Source of the DNA: Candidatus Latescibacterota bacterium
GTDB lineage: Bacteria; Latescibacterota; CBDEFO01
DNA: 64,000 nt
Assembly: GCA_965248755.1 (NCBI GenBank)
Contig: OZ252149.1
Span: forward strand, 448,001 to 512,000
Reading direction: 5' to 3'
How positions within the stretch are numbered: position 1 is the stretch's first letter; every line of letters starts with the position of its first letter. The notes beneath the pieces are model-generated. The model did no database searches and was not told where the DNA came from. It saw nothing but the letters and a program-made list of their open reading frames with translations. Both the position numbers and the translations under genes were made by a program. Below, piece after piece: positions 9,982-19,585 of this stretch.

Positions 9982-10467
9982 ATGCCCTCAGGAAGAATCC
10001 ACATAAGACTCGATCTCATGGTCCTGATAATATTCATTGGACTTTTGTACACATACAAACACCTGCTCAGCCAATTCAAAGATGAGGAGATACTCACGTT
10101 CATGATCGTCTTTGTCCTCTCCTACTCCTTCTCATCTCTATTCCTGTCACCTGACCTGGACCTTTTTAGATCTCGTTCCCGCACGAACTGGGGTATACTC
10201 ATAGTACTATGGTGGCCCTACTCCCACATATTCAGGCACAGAGGATTATCCCACTCAATAGTCTTCGGTACACTCACCAGAATTGTCTATCTTGCCCTTG
10301 TAGCCACAGCCCTGATAACGATCATAGACTACGTCTTTGACCTGCACATAGATATATCCAAAATCAAATTCAGAGATATAGACATTCGAATTGCAATTGC
10401 TGTTCTTATGGGACTTTATCTTTCCAACGTAATCCATATCTTGGCCGACCGTATAGCCAAAAGATAA
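9982..10467 (+). CDS. DUF2227-family putative metal-binding membrane protein
   Basis: MPSGRIH, LSPDLD, WWPY, HRGLSH, HILAD. Confidence 0.85.
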   Translation: MPSGRIHIRLDLMVLIIFIGLLYTYKHLLSQFKDEEILTFMIVFVLSYSFSSLFLSPDLDLFRSRSRTNWGILIVLWWPYSHIFRHRGLSHSIVFGTLTRIVYLALVATALITIIDYVFDLHIDISKIKFRDIDIRIAIAVLMGLYLSNVIHILADRIAKR

Positions 10468-10480
10468 GAATAGGCAAAAG

Positions 10481-12682
10481 ATGAAGAGCAGACAGCAAGC
10501 AAGATGCACCATGCAGGTGGGAGGAAGCACCCTATCTACTGTCTACTGCCTTCTGTCTACTTGTTTGCCGTGTCTACTCCCTACTGTCTGCTGTCTACTT
10601 CTCTTAACGCTCATCGCACCCTCAGGGCTATCTGCCGACGATAGCTCATCCGTTCTTATCGAAATCCACTGGGATAATCTAAACGACCTCGCAACTATAG
10701 ATTCCTACAAGCTAGACGTGCGTCATTGCTCCCAGAACGCAGTCCTTGTATCCGTCCATCCGGATCAACTCCAATCTTTGAAAGATCAGAGCTGGGACGT
10801 CCAGATACTCGACCGAGGCGAGGGCCCTTTAGAGTATTACTCTGCCCTGTTGGAGCAGAGCCATTTTTCAGAGATATCCCGCTTCTGTCAGATCTTACAC
10901 AGCGCGACTACTCCGTACGGACCTGCGATCCTCAAAATATCTTCGGACGCCCTCTATCTCCTCGAACCTTACCTGCATGCACACTATATCCATCCACTTC
11001 CGCACAACATCAGCCTTAGGGGATGGTTCCCTCCTCCATCAGGCAAAATGGCGCTTCCGCACAAAGCCAGCCCTCGGATAGCGTCTCTTCTCCAGCAGGT
11101 AAGTGCAGAGAGAATAGAAAACGATGTAGCCAATTTGACCTACTTTGACATCACCAAAAATAACGGAAGATACAACAACGAAAAATCCAATCTCCGCACG
11201 AGATTTGCGCTCCGTCCCGAAACCCGCGACCACGCCGCAGGCTACATCATGAGTCAGCTCGAAGACGCCCTGCCGGGAGGATCGGTCGAGCTTATTCCCT
11301 TCGTGCGCAGCGGCTACGAAGAATATACGATGTACAACGTGGTTGGAACGCTACATGGACAGGAGCCCAGCTCTGGATACTACGCTATCGTGGGACACTA
11401 CGACTCTATTGGAGGCTCCGGCAAGGTAAATTGGGCAGGGTGGAGGACAGAACCTGCTCCGGGATCAGACGACAATGCCACTGGAATCGCCACCCTTATT
11501 GAGGCTGCAAGGATACTCTCCCAGTTGGAATTCCCCTGGACCATAAAATTCATAGCCTTCTCAGGAGAGGAACTGGGACTGTGGGGGAGTCTCAACTTCG
11601 TCAGCAACGCTACTAAAAGTGACGAGAACATTATCGGAGTCATCAATCTGGATATGTTAGGATTCAATAACCACTTTGACAGAGTCGAGATAGTGGCCAA
11701 CCGAAGCTCTTCTTGGATTATAGATCTTCTCCTTCAGGCGAAAGATACCTACGACATTGACCTCATAGTAGATACCCTCGTGGATCCCAATGCCGGATTC
11801 AGCGACCACGAAGCCTTCTGGAGATTCGGATACGACGCCGTTATGGGAATCGAGAATTTCCTGCCCAACAGACACGCCCTTCGGCCTGACACACTGGGTC
11901 ACTTTCCCCAGTTCAACAGGCACTTTCACACCATAAACGACGTTGCCGACAGCCTCAATTTCCCTTTAGTAGCCAAAGTGGCAAAGCTCTGCGTAGCTGG
12001 TCTTGCCCAGTTAGCCATCGGAGAGGAACCCCAGGATGAAATGCCCGACCTTGCCATCTTCGGACGCGACGAGCGCGAAGTCGGCGCCTTAAAGGGTCAC
12101 GTCCGCTTCTCCGAACAGGAAGAAGCCCTCATAGTCCCCGTAAACAACATCAGCACATCATCAGTAGAGAAAGACTTTACTGTTAAACTCTCAATCTGTA
12201 AACCGGACTCCACAGAATGCACAACAATTTTGTCCAAAAGGGTTAATGCCCCCATTTCTGGTGGCGGCAATTACGTCTTCAAAGTCCCTTGGAACAGACC
12301 CGGCGATGTAAACCTCCTTATCCAAGTAGATCCTGACAACGAAGTAGCTGAGGAAAAAGAGGATAACAACACTATCTACCAAGCGCTGCAATATATGTCC
12401 CCTAAACCGATAGTATATCCCAATCCCTTTATCATCTCCCGAACAGAAGGCGCCAGAGTTACCTTTTCCGGTCTTCCCATAAGATCCAACGTGTCAATAT
12501 TCACACTATCTGGAGAGCTTATATGGGAAAAACAGGACTTTCGAAGGGACAGATTCCTCAAATGGGACGGCACAAACACAGAGGGCTTCTTCATCGCATC
12601 AGGTACTTACTTCTACATAATAAGGGACCAACACGGCGATAAAGTAGAGACAGGAAAGATAGCCGTTATAAGACAGAACTGA
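10481..12682 (+). CDS. Secreted M28-family Zn peptidase with CARDB and FlgD/T9SS-like C-terminal domain
   Basis: GHYDS, PGSDDNATG, SGEELG, NLDM, SDH; VDPDNEVAEEKEDNN (CARDB); YPNP...WDG...ASGTYFY tail. True start probably downstream. Confidence 0.85.
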   Translation: MKSRQQARCTMQVGGSTLSTVYCLLSTCLPCLLPTVCCLLLLTLIAPSGLSADDSSSVLIEIHWDNLNDLATIDSYKLDVRHCSQNAVLVSVHPDQLQSLKDQSWDVQILDRGEGPLEYYSALLEQSHFSEISRFCQILHSATTPYGPAILKISSDALYLLEPYLHAHYIHPLPHNISLRGWFPPPSGKMALPHKASPRIASLLQQVSAERIENDVANLTYFDITKNNGRYNNEKSNLRTRFALRPETRDHAAGYIMSQLEDALPGGSVELIPFVRSGYEEYTMYNVVGTLHGQEPSSGYYAIVGHYDSIGGSGKVNWAGWRTEPAPGSDDNATGIATLIEAARILSQLEFPWTIKFIAFSGEELGLWGSLNFVSNATKSDENIIGVINLDMLGFNNHFDRVEIVANRSSSWIIDLLLQAKDTYDIDLIVDTLVDPNAGFSDHEAFWRFGYDAVMGIENFLPNRHALRPDTLGHFPQFNRHFHTINDVADSLNFPLVAKVAKLCVAGLAQLAIGEEPQDEMPDLAIFGRDEREVGALKGHVRFSEQEEALIVPVNNISTSSVEKDFTVKLSICKPDSTECTTILSKRVNAPISGGGNYVFKVPWNRPGDVNLLIQVDPDNEVAEEKEDNNTIYQALQYMSPKPIVYPNPFIISRTEGARVTFSGLPIRSNVSIFTLSGELIWEKQDFRRDRFLKWDGTNTEGFFIASGTYFYIIRDQHGDKVETGKIAVIRQN
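10532..10600. repeat. Degenerate heptamer simple repeat (TCTACTG-like)
   Basis: ctatctactgtctactgccttctgtctactt...gtctactccctactgtctgctgtctactt. Confidence 0.6.
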
Positions 12683-12773
12683 TTCAATTATTCTATGAAC
12701 ACCGATCTGAAACGGGCTGTAAACGATATACGAAACCAGATTCGGAAGACTCATAGAGAGGGAGCGTCACAAA

Positions 12774-13583
12774 GTGAACCCCATAATCACACTTACCACA
12801 GACTTCCACGACCAGGACTATTTCGTGGGAGCCATGAAAGGCGTCATCTTGAATATCAATCCCGAAGCACGAATCATAGACATCAGCCATAAGATACCCC
12901 CCCATGACATTATGGATGCCGCCTTTGTTCTCCTAAACGCCTGTCTTCACTTTCCCAAAGATACAATTCATATAGCCGTCGTAGACCCAGGAGTCGGAGG
13001 AGAGAGAAAAGCCATCATTCTCCAGACCGATCGCTATACCTTTGTAGGACCCGACAACGGCATATTCAGCCTCGTCTTGGAAGACACCCAGAAAAAGGAC
13101 GCTTACGAGATCTCCAATCCCGATTTAACGCTTCCCGATGTAAGCGACACCTTCCACGGCCGCGATATCTTTGCCCCCGCCGCAGCGCATCTATCTAAAG
13201 GAGTAAGTCCCCCACAATTTGGTCCCAGACTCTCGCAAATAGTTCAACTGCCCATCCCCGAACCTACGATCTTTCAGGATGTGCTCACGTGCCACGTCAT
13301 CCACATAGACGCCTTTGGCAATCTCGTCACAGACATCTCCAAAGACAAATTCTACACCTTTACCTCGAACCATCACTTCCGGATACTGGCTGGCCAACAC
13401 TCCACAAACTCTATTTCCCACTCGTATGCAGAAACGGCACGACCACCACGAGGGGAAAAACAAAAGCCCCTTGCTATATTTGGAAGCGCGGGACTTCTGG
13501 AAATATCCGTTACGGACGGAAATGCTCACAAGATCTTAAACATAAAAAGAGATGATCTCATTAAGATCGAACGCGGGAGATAA
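12774..13583 (+). CDS. SAM hydroxide adenosyltransferase / SAM-dependent halogenase family (DUF62)
   Basis: LTTDF, AVVDPGVG, GPDNG, TFHGRDIFAP, IDAFGN. The HGRD motif favours the hydrolase subgroup. Confidence 0.92.
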   Translation: MNPIITLTTDFHDQDYFVGAMKGVILNINPEARIIDISHKIPPHDIMDAAFVLLNACLHFPKDTIHIAVVDPGVGGERKAIILQTDRYTFVGPDNGIFSLVLEDTQKKDAYEISNPDLTLPDVSDTFHGRDIFAPAAAHLSKGVSPPQFGPRLSQIVQLPIPEPTIFQDVLTCHVIHIDAFGNLVTDISKDKFYTFTSNHHFRILAGQHSTNSISHSYAETARPPRGEKQKPLAIFGSAGLLEISVTDGNAHKILNIKRDDLIKIERGR

Positions 13584-13606
13584 CAAGCAGATTTGTTCTT
13601 TCCCTG

Positions 13607-14008
13607 TCAACTGAAAATCACTTCCTCCATCCTCTCTATCCTCCTTTCAAAAGTCTCAATATCGACGCTTTCTACACCATTCTTTGAAAGAACGCTCAGG
13701 CCCAATCTTATCTCCTTCAATTCCTTTTCAATGTAATTCATCTGTCTTCCCAACTTTGCGTTAATCTCCCTGCCCTCATTTATTCCCATCTCCATCCCCT
13801 GTACCTTCATCTTCAGAAGATCGTGATCCATCTCAACATCCGAAATGTCCGATTCAGAGGAAAAGTACTCCTCCCTGATCCTGGAAAGGTCATCCTGTAT
13901 CTTCAAGAACTGATTGGCAATCATCGTAGCTAATTTTTCCTGAGATTTGCTCACAATCTCGTGTACTACGTCCCTGATCTGCATAAGATCCTCATTTTCT
14001 ATAGGCAT
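13607..14008 (-). CDS. Hypothetical coiled-coil protein
   Basis: 133-aa ORF with GGGAGG SD and heptad-like E/K/L pattern. Confidence 0.7.
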   Translation of the reverse strand: MPIENEDLMQIRDVVHEIVSKSQEKLATMIANQFLKIQDDLSRIREEYFSSESDISDVEMDHDLLKMKVQGMEMGINEGREINAKLGRQMNYIEKELKEIRLGLSVLSKNGVESVDIETFERRIERMEEVIFS

Positions 14009-14083
14009 CTTTTCCTCCCAAATTTTTTTGTGGTTCCATACCGCTCCCCTTGACAGAGCGACAAATATTTCGCAAATTGGGGT

Positions 14084-14413
14084 TTGAGAAGGGAGGTCAA
14101 GGTGTCGAGCCCCGAAGTGAAAGATGGTAAGCGCTGGACGGCGACCCGTAAGGGAGAGATTGTGTTGGCTCTTTTGAGAGGAGCAGATCTATCTGAGGTG
14201 TGTCGTAAGAATGGAATTAGCCAGTCGCAGGCGTATGCTTGGCGTGATAGTTTCTTAGAAGGGGGCCAGGAGAGTCTGAAGTCTCGGCGTGGTCGCAAGG
14301 ATCCGAAGGAGCGAGAGGTTAGCCGGTTGGAGCGCAAGGTAGGGCAGTTGACGCTCCAGTTGGAGATACTCGAAGAGGTAGCCCGTCTAAAAAAAACGAA
14401 GCGGTTGCCTTGA
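14084..14413 (+). CDS. IS3-family OrfA (HTH)
   Basis: KRWTATRKGEIVL...VCRKNGISQSQAYAWRD; A8 slippery run near 14389-14396 suggests a -1 frameshift into OrfB. Confidence 0.88.
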   Translation: MRREVKVSSPEVKDGKRWTATRKGEIVLALLRGADLSEVCRKNGISQSQAYAWRDSFLEGGQESLKSRRGRKDPKEREVSRLERKVGQLTLQLEILEEVARLKKTKRLP

Positions 14414-15249
14414 GTGGGCGGTTTTTGGGTCGAGGCTATTCCCGCAAGGTGGTAGCTTTGGCTTTGGGTTTGCATCGTTCGACTCTGTATAGGTTTAGGG
14501 ATAGAGGTGTCAGTTCTTCTGTTAAAGAGCCTGTGATAGATGAGGAGCTTGCTTTTCGTATTCGAGGGATACTGGACCAAGAAGAGGCATTTGGTCACAG
14601 GCGGGTTTGGGCGCATCTTCGTTTCAAGGAAGGGGAATGTGTCAACGTTAAGAAGGTTCATAGGATAATGAAGCTTAAGGGGTGGCAGTGTAAGCTGTGG
14701 AATCGTCCCGGGAGAAAGGGGCCACAGGTTGCCCAGAAGCGTTCTGTGGTGGATAGTCCCGACAGTTTGTGGTCGAGTGACTTGACAAAGATTTACTGTG
14801 GAAAAGATGGTTGGTGTCCTCTTATTGCGGTGGTGGACAACGGAAGCCGGGAGGTTCCTGGGTATCGTTTTAGTCGAAAAGGGAGGGCACTGGAGGCCAC
14901 AGATGCCCTGGATCGGGCCGTGATCTCTCGATACACTTCCAAGGAGGCTGTCCCCCAGGGTCTCACTTTGCGCTCTGACAATGGTTCCATCTTTTTGGCT
15001 CGGGCCTATTTGGCCAGTACCGAATATTGGGGAATTCGTCAGGAATACATACCAAGTGGTAAACCCGATTGGAACGGTGTTGTAGAGCGTTTTTTCAGGA
15101 CCCTCAAGCAAGAGTGTGTTTGGCTTCACAAGTTTGAATCCTTTGAACAGGCTGAGAAGATCATATCTCAGTGGATCGATAATTACAACAAGAACAGGCT
15201 TCATTCATCCCTGGGATACAAGACCCTGCAAGAATGGAGAAAACAATAA
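14410..15249 (+). CDS. IS3-family OrfB DDE transposase (8 aa shorter than copy 2)
   Basis: WSSDLT, RSDNGS, VERFFRTLK, RLHSSLGY. Confidence 0.9.
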   Translation: MSGRFLGRGYSRKVVALALGLHRSTLYRFRDRGVSSSVKEPVIDEELAFRIRGILDQEEAFGHRRVWAHLRFKEGECVNVKKVHRIMKLKGWQCKLWNRPGRKGPQVAQKRSVVDSPDSLWSSDLTKIYCGKDGWCPLIAVVDNGSREVPGYRFSRKGRALEATDALDRAVISRYTSKEAVPQGLTLRSDNGSIFLARAYLASTEYWGIRQEYIPSGKPDWNGVVERFFRTLKQECVWLHKFESFEQAEKIISQWIDNYNKNRLHSSLGYKTLQEWRKQ

Positions 15250-15603
15250 TATCTGCTACCCCAAGTTGCTTAATCGGTGTCGCTTTCCAGGGGGGCAGTA
15301 CAGTTCTGAATGCTGCACCCAGAAGATCTGCAAAATAATTAAACTGAACAGAAAGCGCCCGGCCCTGATTATGATCCACCCATACGGCCCTTTCCATCTT
15401 GAAATCTGAGCCTGTGTGGTGAAAATTATCGTAATATCTGTCCCAGCAGCTGTGCCCAAGCGTCTTGCTCAAGTTACTTCACCATACGAAACATATCCTA
15501 AGCCTTTATGACACTTGAAGATGTGCAGCCGCTCAAGATTTAGTGTTCTATTAAGTTATTATAAAACAATATATTATATCCATATAGTAATTGTTTATTG
15601 TCC

Positions 15604-15738
15604 ACACTTGACAGTGTATATGACCTATGGCTATAAGCCGCTTACACTTGCGGAGATACACACACCAGGCAGTGTATTTGTCCCACTACACAGTGTGATC
15701 TTCTCACGCCAGCATAGGATATACACACTATTGAGTGT
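15604..15738. promoter_or_regulatory. Array of palindromic operator-like sites ACACT-N4-AGTGT
   Basis: Copies at 15604, 15662, 15683 and 15725; TTGACA on + at 15608 and on - at 15741-15746. Confidence 0.6.
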
Positions 15739-15907
15739 GTTGTCAAGGAAAAAATGTTTCTTTCTAAAACAATTTCAAAAATCGTTCGCCCAAATATATA
15801 GAACACCTGCATAGCACTTTTTTCTTGGCTTAATTCGAGTTTTGGATTAAATTACTGTTAGGATTCCATATTTAAGTTACATTTCCACTCTTTGGAAGGG
15901 ATTACAG

Positions 15908-16001
15908 ATGACACTTGGAGAAATTATCAGAGAGGAAAGGAAAAACAGATTTAGCCAGAGGGAATTGGGCGACCGCATAGGCGTATGGGATACCTACAAG
16001 A
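15908..16001 (+). pseudogene. XRE-family HTH regulator interrupted by IS3 copy 2
   Basis: GGAAGGGA SD then MTLGEIIREERKNRFSQRELGDRIGVWDTY, cut by the IS at 16002. Confidence 0.75.
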
Positions 16002-16048
16002 CATACCGCTCCCCTTGACAGAGCGACAAATATTTCGCAAATTGGGGT

Positions 16049-16378
16049 TTGAGAAGGGAGGTCAAGGTGTCGAGCCCCGAAGTGAAAGATGGTAAGCGCT
16101 GGACGGCGACCCGTAAGGGAGAGATTGTGTTGGCTCTTTTGAGAGGAGCAGATCTATCTGAGGTGTGTCGTAAGAATGGAATTAGCCAGTCGCAGGCGTA
16201 TGCTTGGCGTGATAGTTTCTTAGAAGGGGGCCAGGAGAGTCTGAAGTCTCGGCGTGGTCGCAAGGATCCGAAGGAGCGAGAGGTTAGCCGGTTGGAGCGC
16301 AAGGTAGGGCAGTTGACGCTCCAGTTGGAGATACTCGAAGAGGTAGCCCGTCTAAAAAAAACGAAGCGGTTGCCTTGA
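16049..16378 (+). CDS. IS3-family OrfA
   Basis: Identical translation to 14084-14413. Confidence 0.88.
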   Translation: MRREVKVSSPEVKDGKRWTATRKGEIVLALLRGADLSEVCRKNGISQSQAYAWRDSFLEGGQESLKSRRGRKDPKEREVSRLERKVGQLTLQLEILEEVARLKKTKRLP

Positions 16379-17238
16379 GTGGGCGGTTTTTGGGTCGAGG
16401 CTATTCCCGCAAGGTGGTAGCTTTGGCTTTGGGTTTGCATCGTTCGACTCTGTATAGGTTTAGGGATAGAGGTGTCAGTTCTTCTGTTAAAGAGCCTGTG
16501 ATAGATGAGGAGCTTGCTTTTCGTATTCGAGGGATACTGGACCAAGAAGAGGCATTTGGTCACAGGCGGGTTTGGGCGCATCTTCGTTTCAAGGAAGGGG
16601 AATGTGTCAACGTTAAGAAGGTTCATAGGATAATGAAGCTTAAGGGGTGGCAGTGTAAGCTGTGGAATCGTCCCGGGAGAAAGGGGCCACAGGTTGCCCA
16701 GAAGCGTTCTGTGGTGGATAGTCCCGACAGTTTGTGGTCGAGTGACTTGACAAAGATTTACTGTGGAAAAGATGGTTGGTGTCCTCTTATTGCGGTGGTG
16801 GACAACGGAAGCCGGGAGGTTCCTGGGTATCGTTTTAGTCGAAAAGGGAGGGCACTGGAGGCCACAGATGCCCTGGATCGGGCCGTGATCTCTCGATACA
16901 CTTCCAAGGAGGCTGTCCCCCAGGGTCTCACTTTGCGCTCTGACAATGGTTCCATCTTTTTGGCTCGGGCCTATTTGGCCAGTACCGAATATTGGGGAAT
17001 TCGTCAGGAATACATACCAAGTGGTAAACCCGATTGGAACGGTGTTGTAGAGCGTTTTTTCAGGACCCTCAAGCAAGAGTGTGTTTGGCTTCACAAGTTT
17101 GAATCCTTTGAACAGGCTGAGAAGATCATATCTCAGTGGATCGATAATTACAACAAGAACAGGCTTCATTCATCCCTGGGATATAAGACCCCAAAAGAGT
17201 GGAGAAAACAATTTTATCTACTACCCCAGGTTGCTTAA
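16375..17238 (+). CDS. IS3-family OrfB DDE transposase
   Basis: DDE motifs as copy 1; full C-terminus KTPKEWRKQFYLLPQVA. Confidence 0.9.
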   Translation: MSGRFLGRGYSRKVVALALGLHRSTLYRFRDRGVSSSVKEPVIDEELAFRIRGILDQEEAFGHRRVWAHLRFKEGECVNVKKVHRIMKLKGWQCKLWNRPGRKGPQVAQKRSVVDSPDSLWSSDLTKIYCGKDGWCPLIAVVDNGSREVPGYRFSRKGRALEATDALDRAVISRYTSKEAVPQGLTLRSDNGSIFLARAYLASTEYWGIRQEYIPSGKPDWNGVVERFFRTLKQECVWLHKFESFEQAEKIISQWIDNYNKNRLHSSLGYKTPKEWRKQFYLLPQVA

Positions 17239-17326
17239 TTGGTGTCGCTTTCCTGGGAAGCAGTACAAAGAAGGCTATTTATAATCGAAGATAGGTGCGA
17301 TAATCGAAGATGGGTGGTTGCCATAT

Positions 17327-17746
17327 CATACCGTTCCCCTTCACAGAACGACAGATATTCTGTAAATCGGGGTTCGCGAAGGGCAAGATGTCAGCGCCAG
17401 AGCAGAAGACGGCTAGCGCTGGACAACGGTTCGATCTTTCTTTCTAGATCCTATTTGGTAAGTACCGAATATTAGGGGTTTGTCAAGAATATGTTCCGAG
17501 CGGAAAGGCCGATTGGAACGGTGTTGTAGAGCGTTTTTTCAGGACCCTCAAGCAAGAGTGTGTTTGACTTCACAGCTTCGAATCCTTTGAGCAAGCTGAG
17601 AAGATCATATCTCAGTGGATCGATAATTACGACAAGAACCGTCTTCATTCATCCCTGGGATACAAGACCCTGCAAGAATGGAGAAAACAATAATATCTGC
17701 TACCCCAAGTTGCTTAATCGGTGTCGCTTTCCAGGGGGGCAGTACA
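17327..17746 (+). mobile_element. Internally deleted, non-autonomous IS3 derivative (copy 3, about 420 bp)
   Basis: Left end CATACCGTTCCCCTTCACAGAACGACA joined directly to the 3' part of orfB and a right end matching copy 1. Confidence 0.85.
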
Positions 17747-18447
17747 GCCACTATGTGGTTTCGCATGAACCAAATCACAAGAGGGGTAACAGAAATTACA
17801 CCAAAAACTATCGCATATTTGAATCTCTGCAGTAAAGGGGTCTTTGGCATGGAAGTAACGATTAAGACTAAACCCGTCATAATTATAGTAATTCCTATGT
17901 ATCTTTGAAGACAAGAAAGTGCTGCGATGGCTGAAAGTAAAAAGAGTAGGGATAATCGCTTCTCATTTAAAAACTGTGATATGTAAATGACAAATAAGAC
18001 GGCTAATAGTGTAAACAATGGTTCTGACATAGCCGTAGTGGAAACATGCAAAATTGGAACAGACAACAATATAGAGACTGTCCCACATATGAGAAGGCCT
18101 TTTGATCCTATTTGCCTCAGAAATAATTGTCCAGAGGTAAAAATAATCAACCCAAATACAAAAGCATTCAAGAATCTAACCCCTTCTACAAGTTCGACGC
18201 CTATTAAACCAAGAACAGCCAATACGGTTGGGAACAAGGGCGGCCAGCCTATAAATGGACTGCCATCATACAAAAAATATCCATTACCCGATAACAGGCT
18301 CCTTGCAGTAGATATGTAGGCCACAGAGTCTGAAGATATGCCTACTCCATATCGAGATGTGCTTAAAAGCACAAGTCCTATACCCACAACGCTTAGAATT
18401 ACCAAAGCTACCTGAATTTTGGCATTATTTTCAATGTCTTCGGACAT
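17747..18447 (-). pseudogene. GT-C/ArnT-like polytopic membrane glycosyltransferase, 3'-truncated by IS copy 3
   Basis: DSVAY, WPPLFP, MSEPLF, QRYIG, WFMRN; reading frame runs into the IS right end. Confidence 0.75.
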
Positions 18448-18563
18448 CTTGTCTTTCTGAATTAGACAGATATTTTGCTCGGTCTAGTCCTCATGAAGCC
18501 CAGGGCTACGCGTCAGGTGAGACCAATACGATGTTCATAATGGAACTTTATATTTCCGTAAGA

Positions 18564-19403
18564 TCAATTATCTCTCTTTTCAGATGGTCTATTTTCATCT
18601 GACGCACATTCGCGCTCTTCCATCCTCAATTCCAGATATTTGACTCTTCCAACAAATTCGACGAAGGCACCGAAGATAGCGTAAATCAGTCCGGGAAGAC
18701 CGTCTTTGTATGCCTTTCGCAGCAAAAATCTCCTGCCGAACCATAATATAGGGTCCCAAAACAGGAATTTCAGAACGGAAAACGTACTTTCCAAATTCAA
18801 CTGGATGGGACGATTCCTCTTTGTCATCCCATCCACTTGCATCTGTTGCGCATCGAACGTTGTGTAGCCGTTGAACTTCTCAAAGTACCGCTCGATACTA
18901 GGAGAGCAGTGATATATCATTCCCTTGAGTATTCCAAACTCGCCGGATATGGCCGGACCTTCGTGGACAGATACTCTCTTCTCATCAAAATGAGCCTTTG
19001 CAGTGCGATAGAGACGGGGAGATGTTAATAACCATCCTCCGTGCCTTAAAGGGTGGTCCATGAAATGGGTCAGAATAGAGATGGAATACTTGTCGTATTG
19101 GGGATCATTGAAAACTGTCTCGACCATCTCCTCCCACGCACAATCCTCAATAACCTCGTCAGAATCGAGAAAAACTATCCAGTTATAGTTGGCCTTAGAG
19201 ATAGCAAAATTCCGCTGTCTGGAGAAGCCGAGCCATTCTTGCTGATATATCTTCGTCCGATATCGCTGGCATATCTCAAGCGTCCTGTCGGTGCTCAGAG
19301 AATCTATTATAACGATCTCATCGGCCTCTTTGACGCTCTCCAGACATATTTCTATAGTATCTTCGTTGTTCCTGGTCAGAACAAGCACTGATATACCCTG
19401 CAT
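18564..19403 (-). CDS. GT2-family glycosyltransferase (WaaE/KdtX-like)
   Basis: DSLSTDRT, WLGFSRQRNFA, LDSDE, VHE, DGLPG. Confidence 0.9.
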   Translation of the reverse strand: MQGISVLVLTRNNEDTIEICLESVKEADEIVIIDSLSTDRTLEICQRYRTKIYQQEWLGFSRQRNFAISKANYNWIVFLDSDEVIEDCAWEEMVETVFNDPQYDKYSISILTHFMDHPLRHGGWLLTSPRLYRTAKAHFDEKRVSVHEGPAISGEFGILKGMIYHCSPSIERYFEKFNGYTTFDAQQMQVDGMTKRNRPIQLNLESTFSVLKFLFWDPILWFGRRFLLRKAYKDGLPGLIYAIFGAFVEFVGRVKYLELRMEERECASDENRPSEKRDN

Positions 19404-19585
19404 AGCTTTGACCTTCTACTATATGTATCCGATATCCTCAGGCGGAAGCTTACTAACTCTGTGGATCTGATCCTGGTTACGTTTGTTCTAAGTCGGAATA
19501 TGCAAAATGTCCAAAATAAACGTTGTCACATCTATGGCTCTGATCTGCTCAAGATACCTCCTACCGGAGATGAAAGATATATTAT

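Larger units (their letters stand above)
14037..15302 (+). mobile_element. IS3-family insertion sequence, copy 1
   Basis: Imperfect IRs CATACCGCTCCCCTTGACAGAGCGACA / TGTCGCTTTCCAGGGGGGCAGTACA; 4-bp direct repeat GTTC on both sides; orfA and orfB. Confidence 0.92.
16002..17267 (+). mobile_element. IS3-family insertion sequence, copy 2
   Basis: Same left end as copy 1; right end ...TTTCCTGGGAAGCAGTACA; 4-bp direct repeat AAGA. Confidence 0.92.

Noticed and set aside
12774..13583. Fluorinase or chlorinase
   Set aside because: Retains the TFHGRD motif typical of DUF62 SAM hydrolases, and no halometabolite cluster is nearby.
15303..15472. Small gene split by IS copy 1
   Set aside because: Two alternative minus frames can be reconstructed; neither has a clear SD or recognisable motif.
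15600..15740. CRISPR array
   Set aside because: Repeats are 14-bp palindromes with short irregular spacing; no cas genes and no repeat-spacer periodicity anywhere in the window.
13999..17169. Long minus-strand ORFs of 401 and 391 aa
   Set aside because: They are antisense shadows of the IS3 orfA/orfB.
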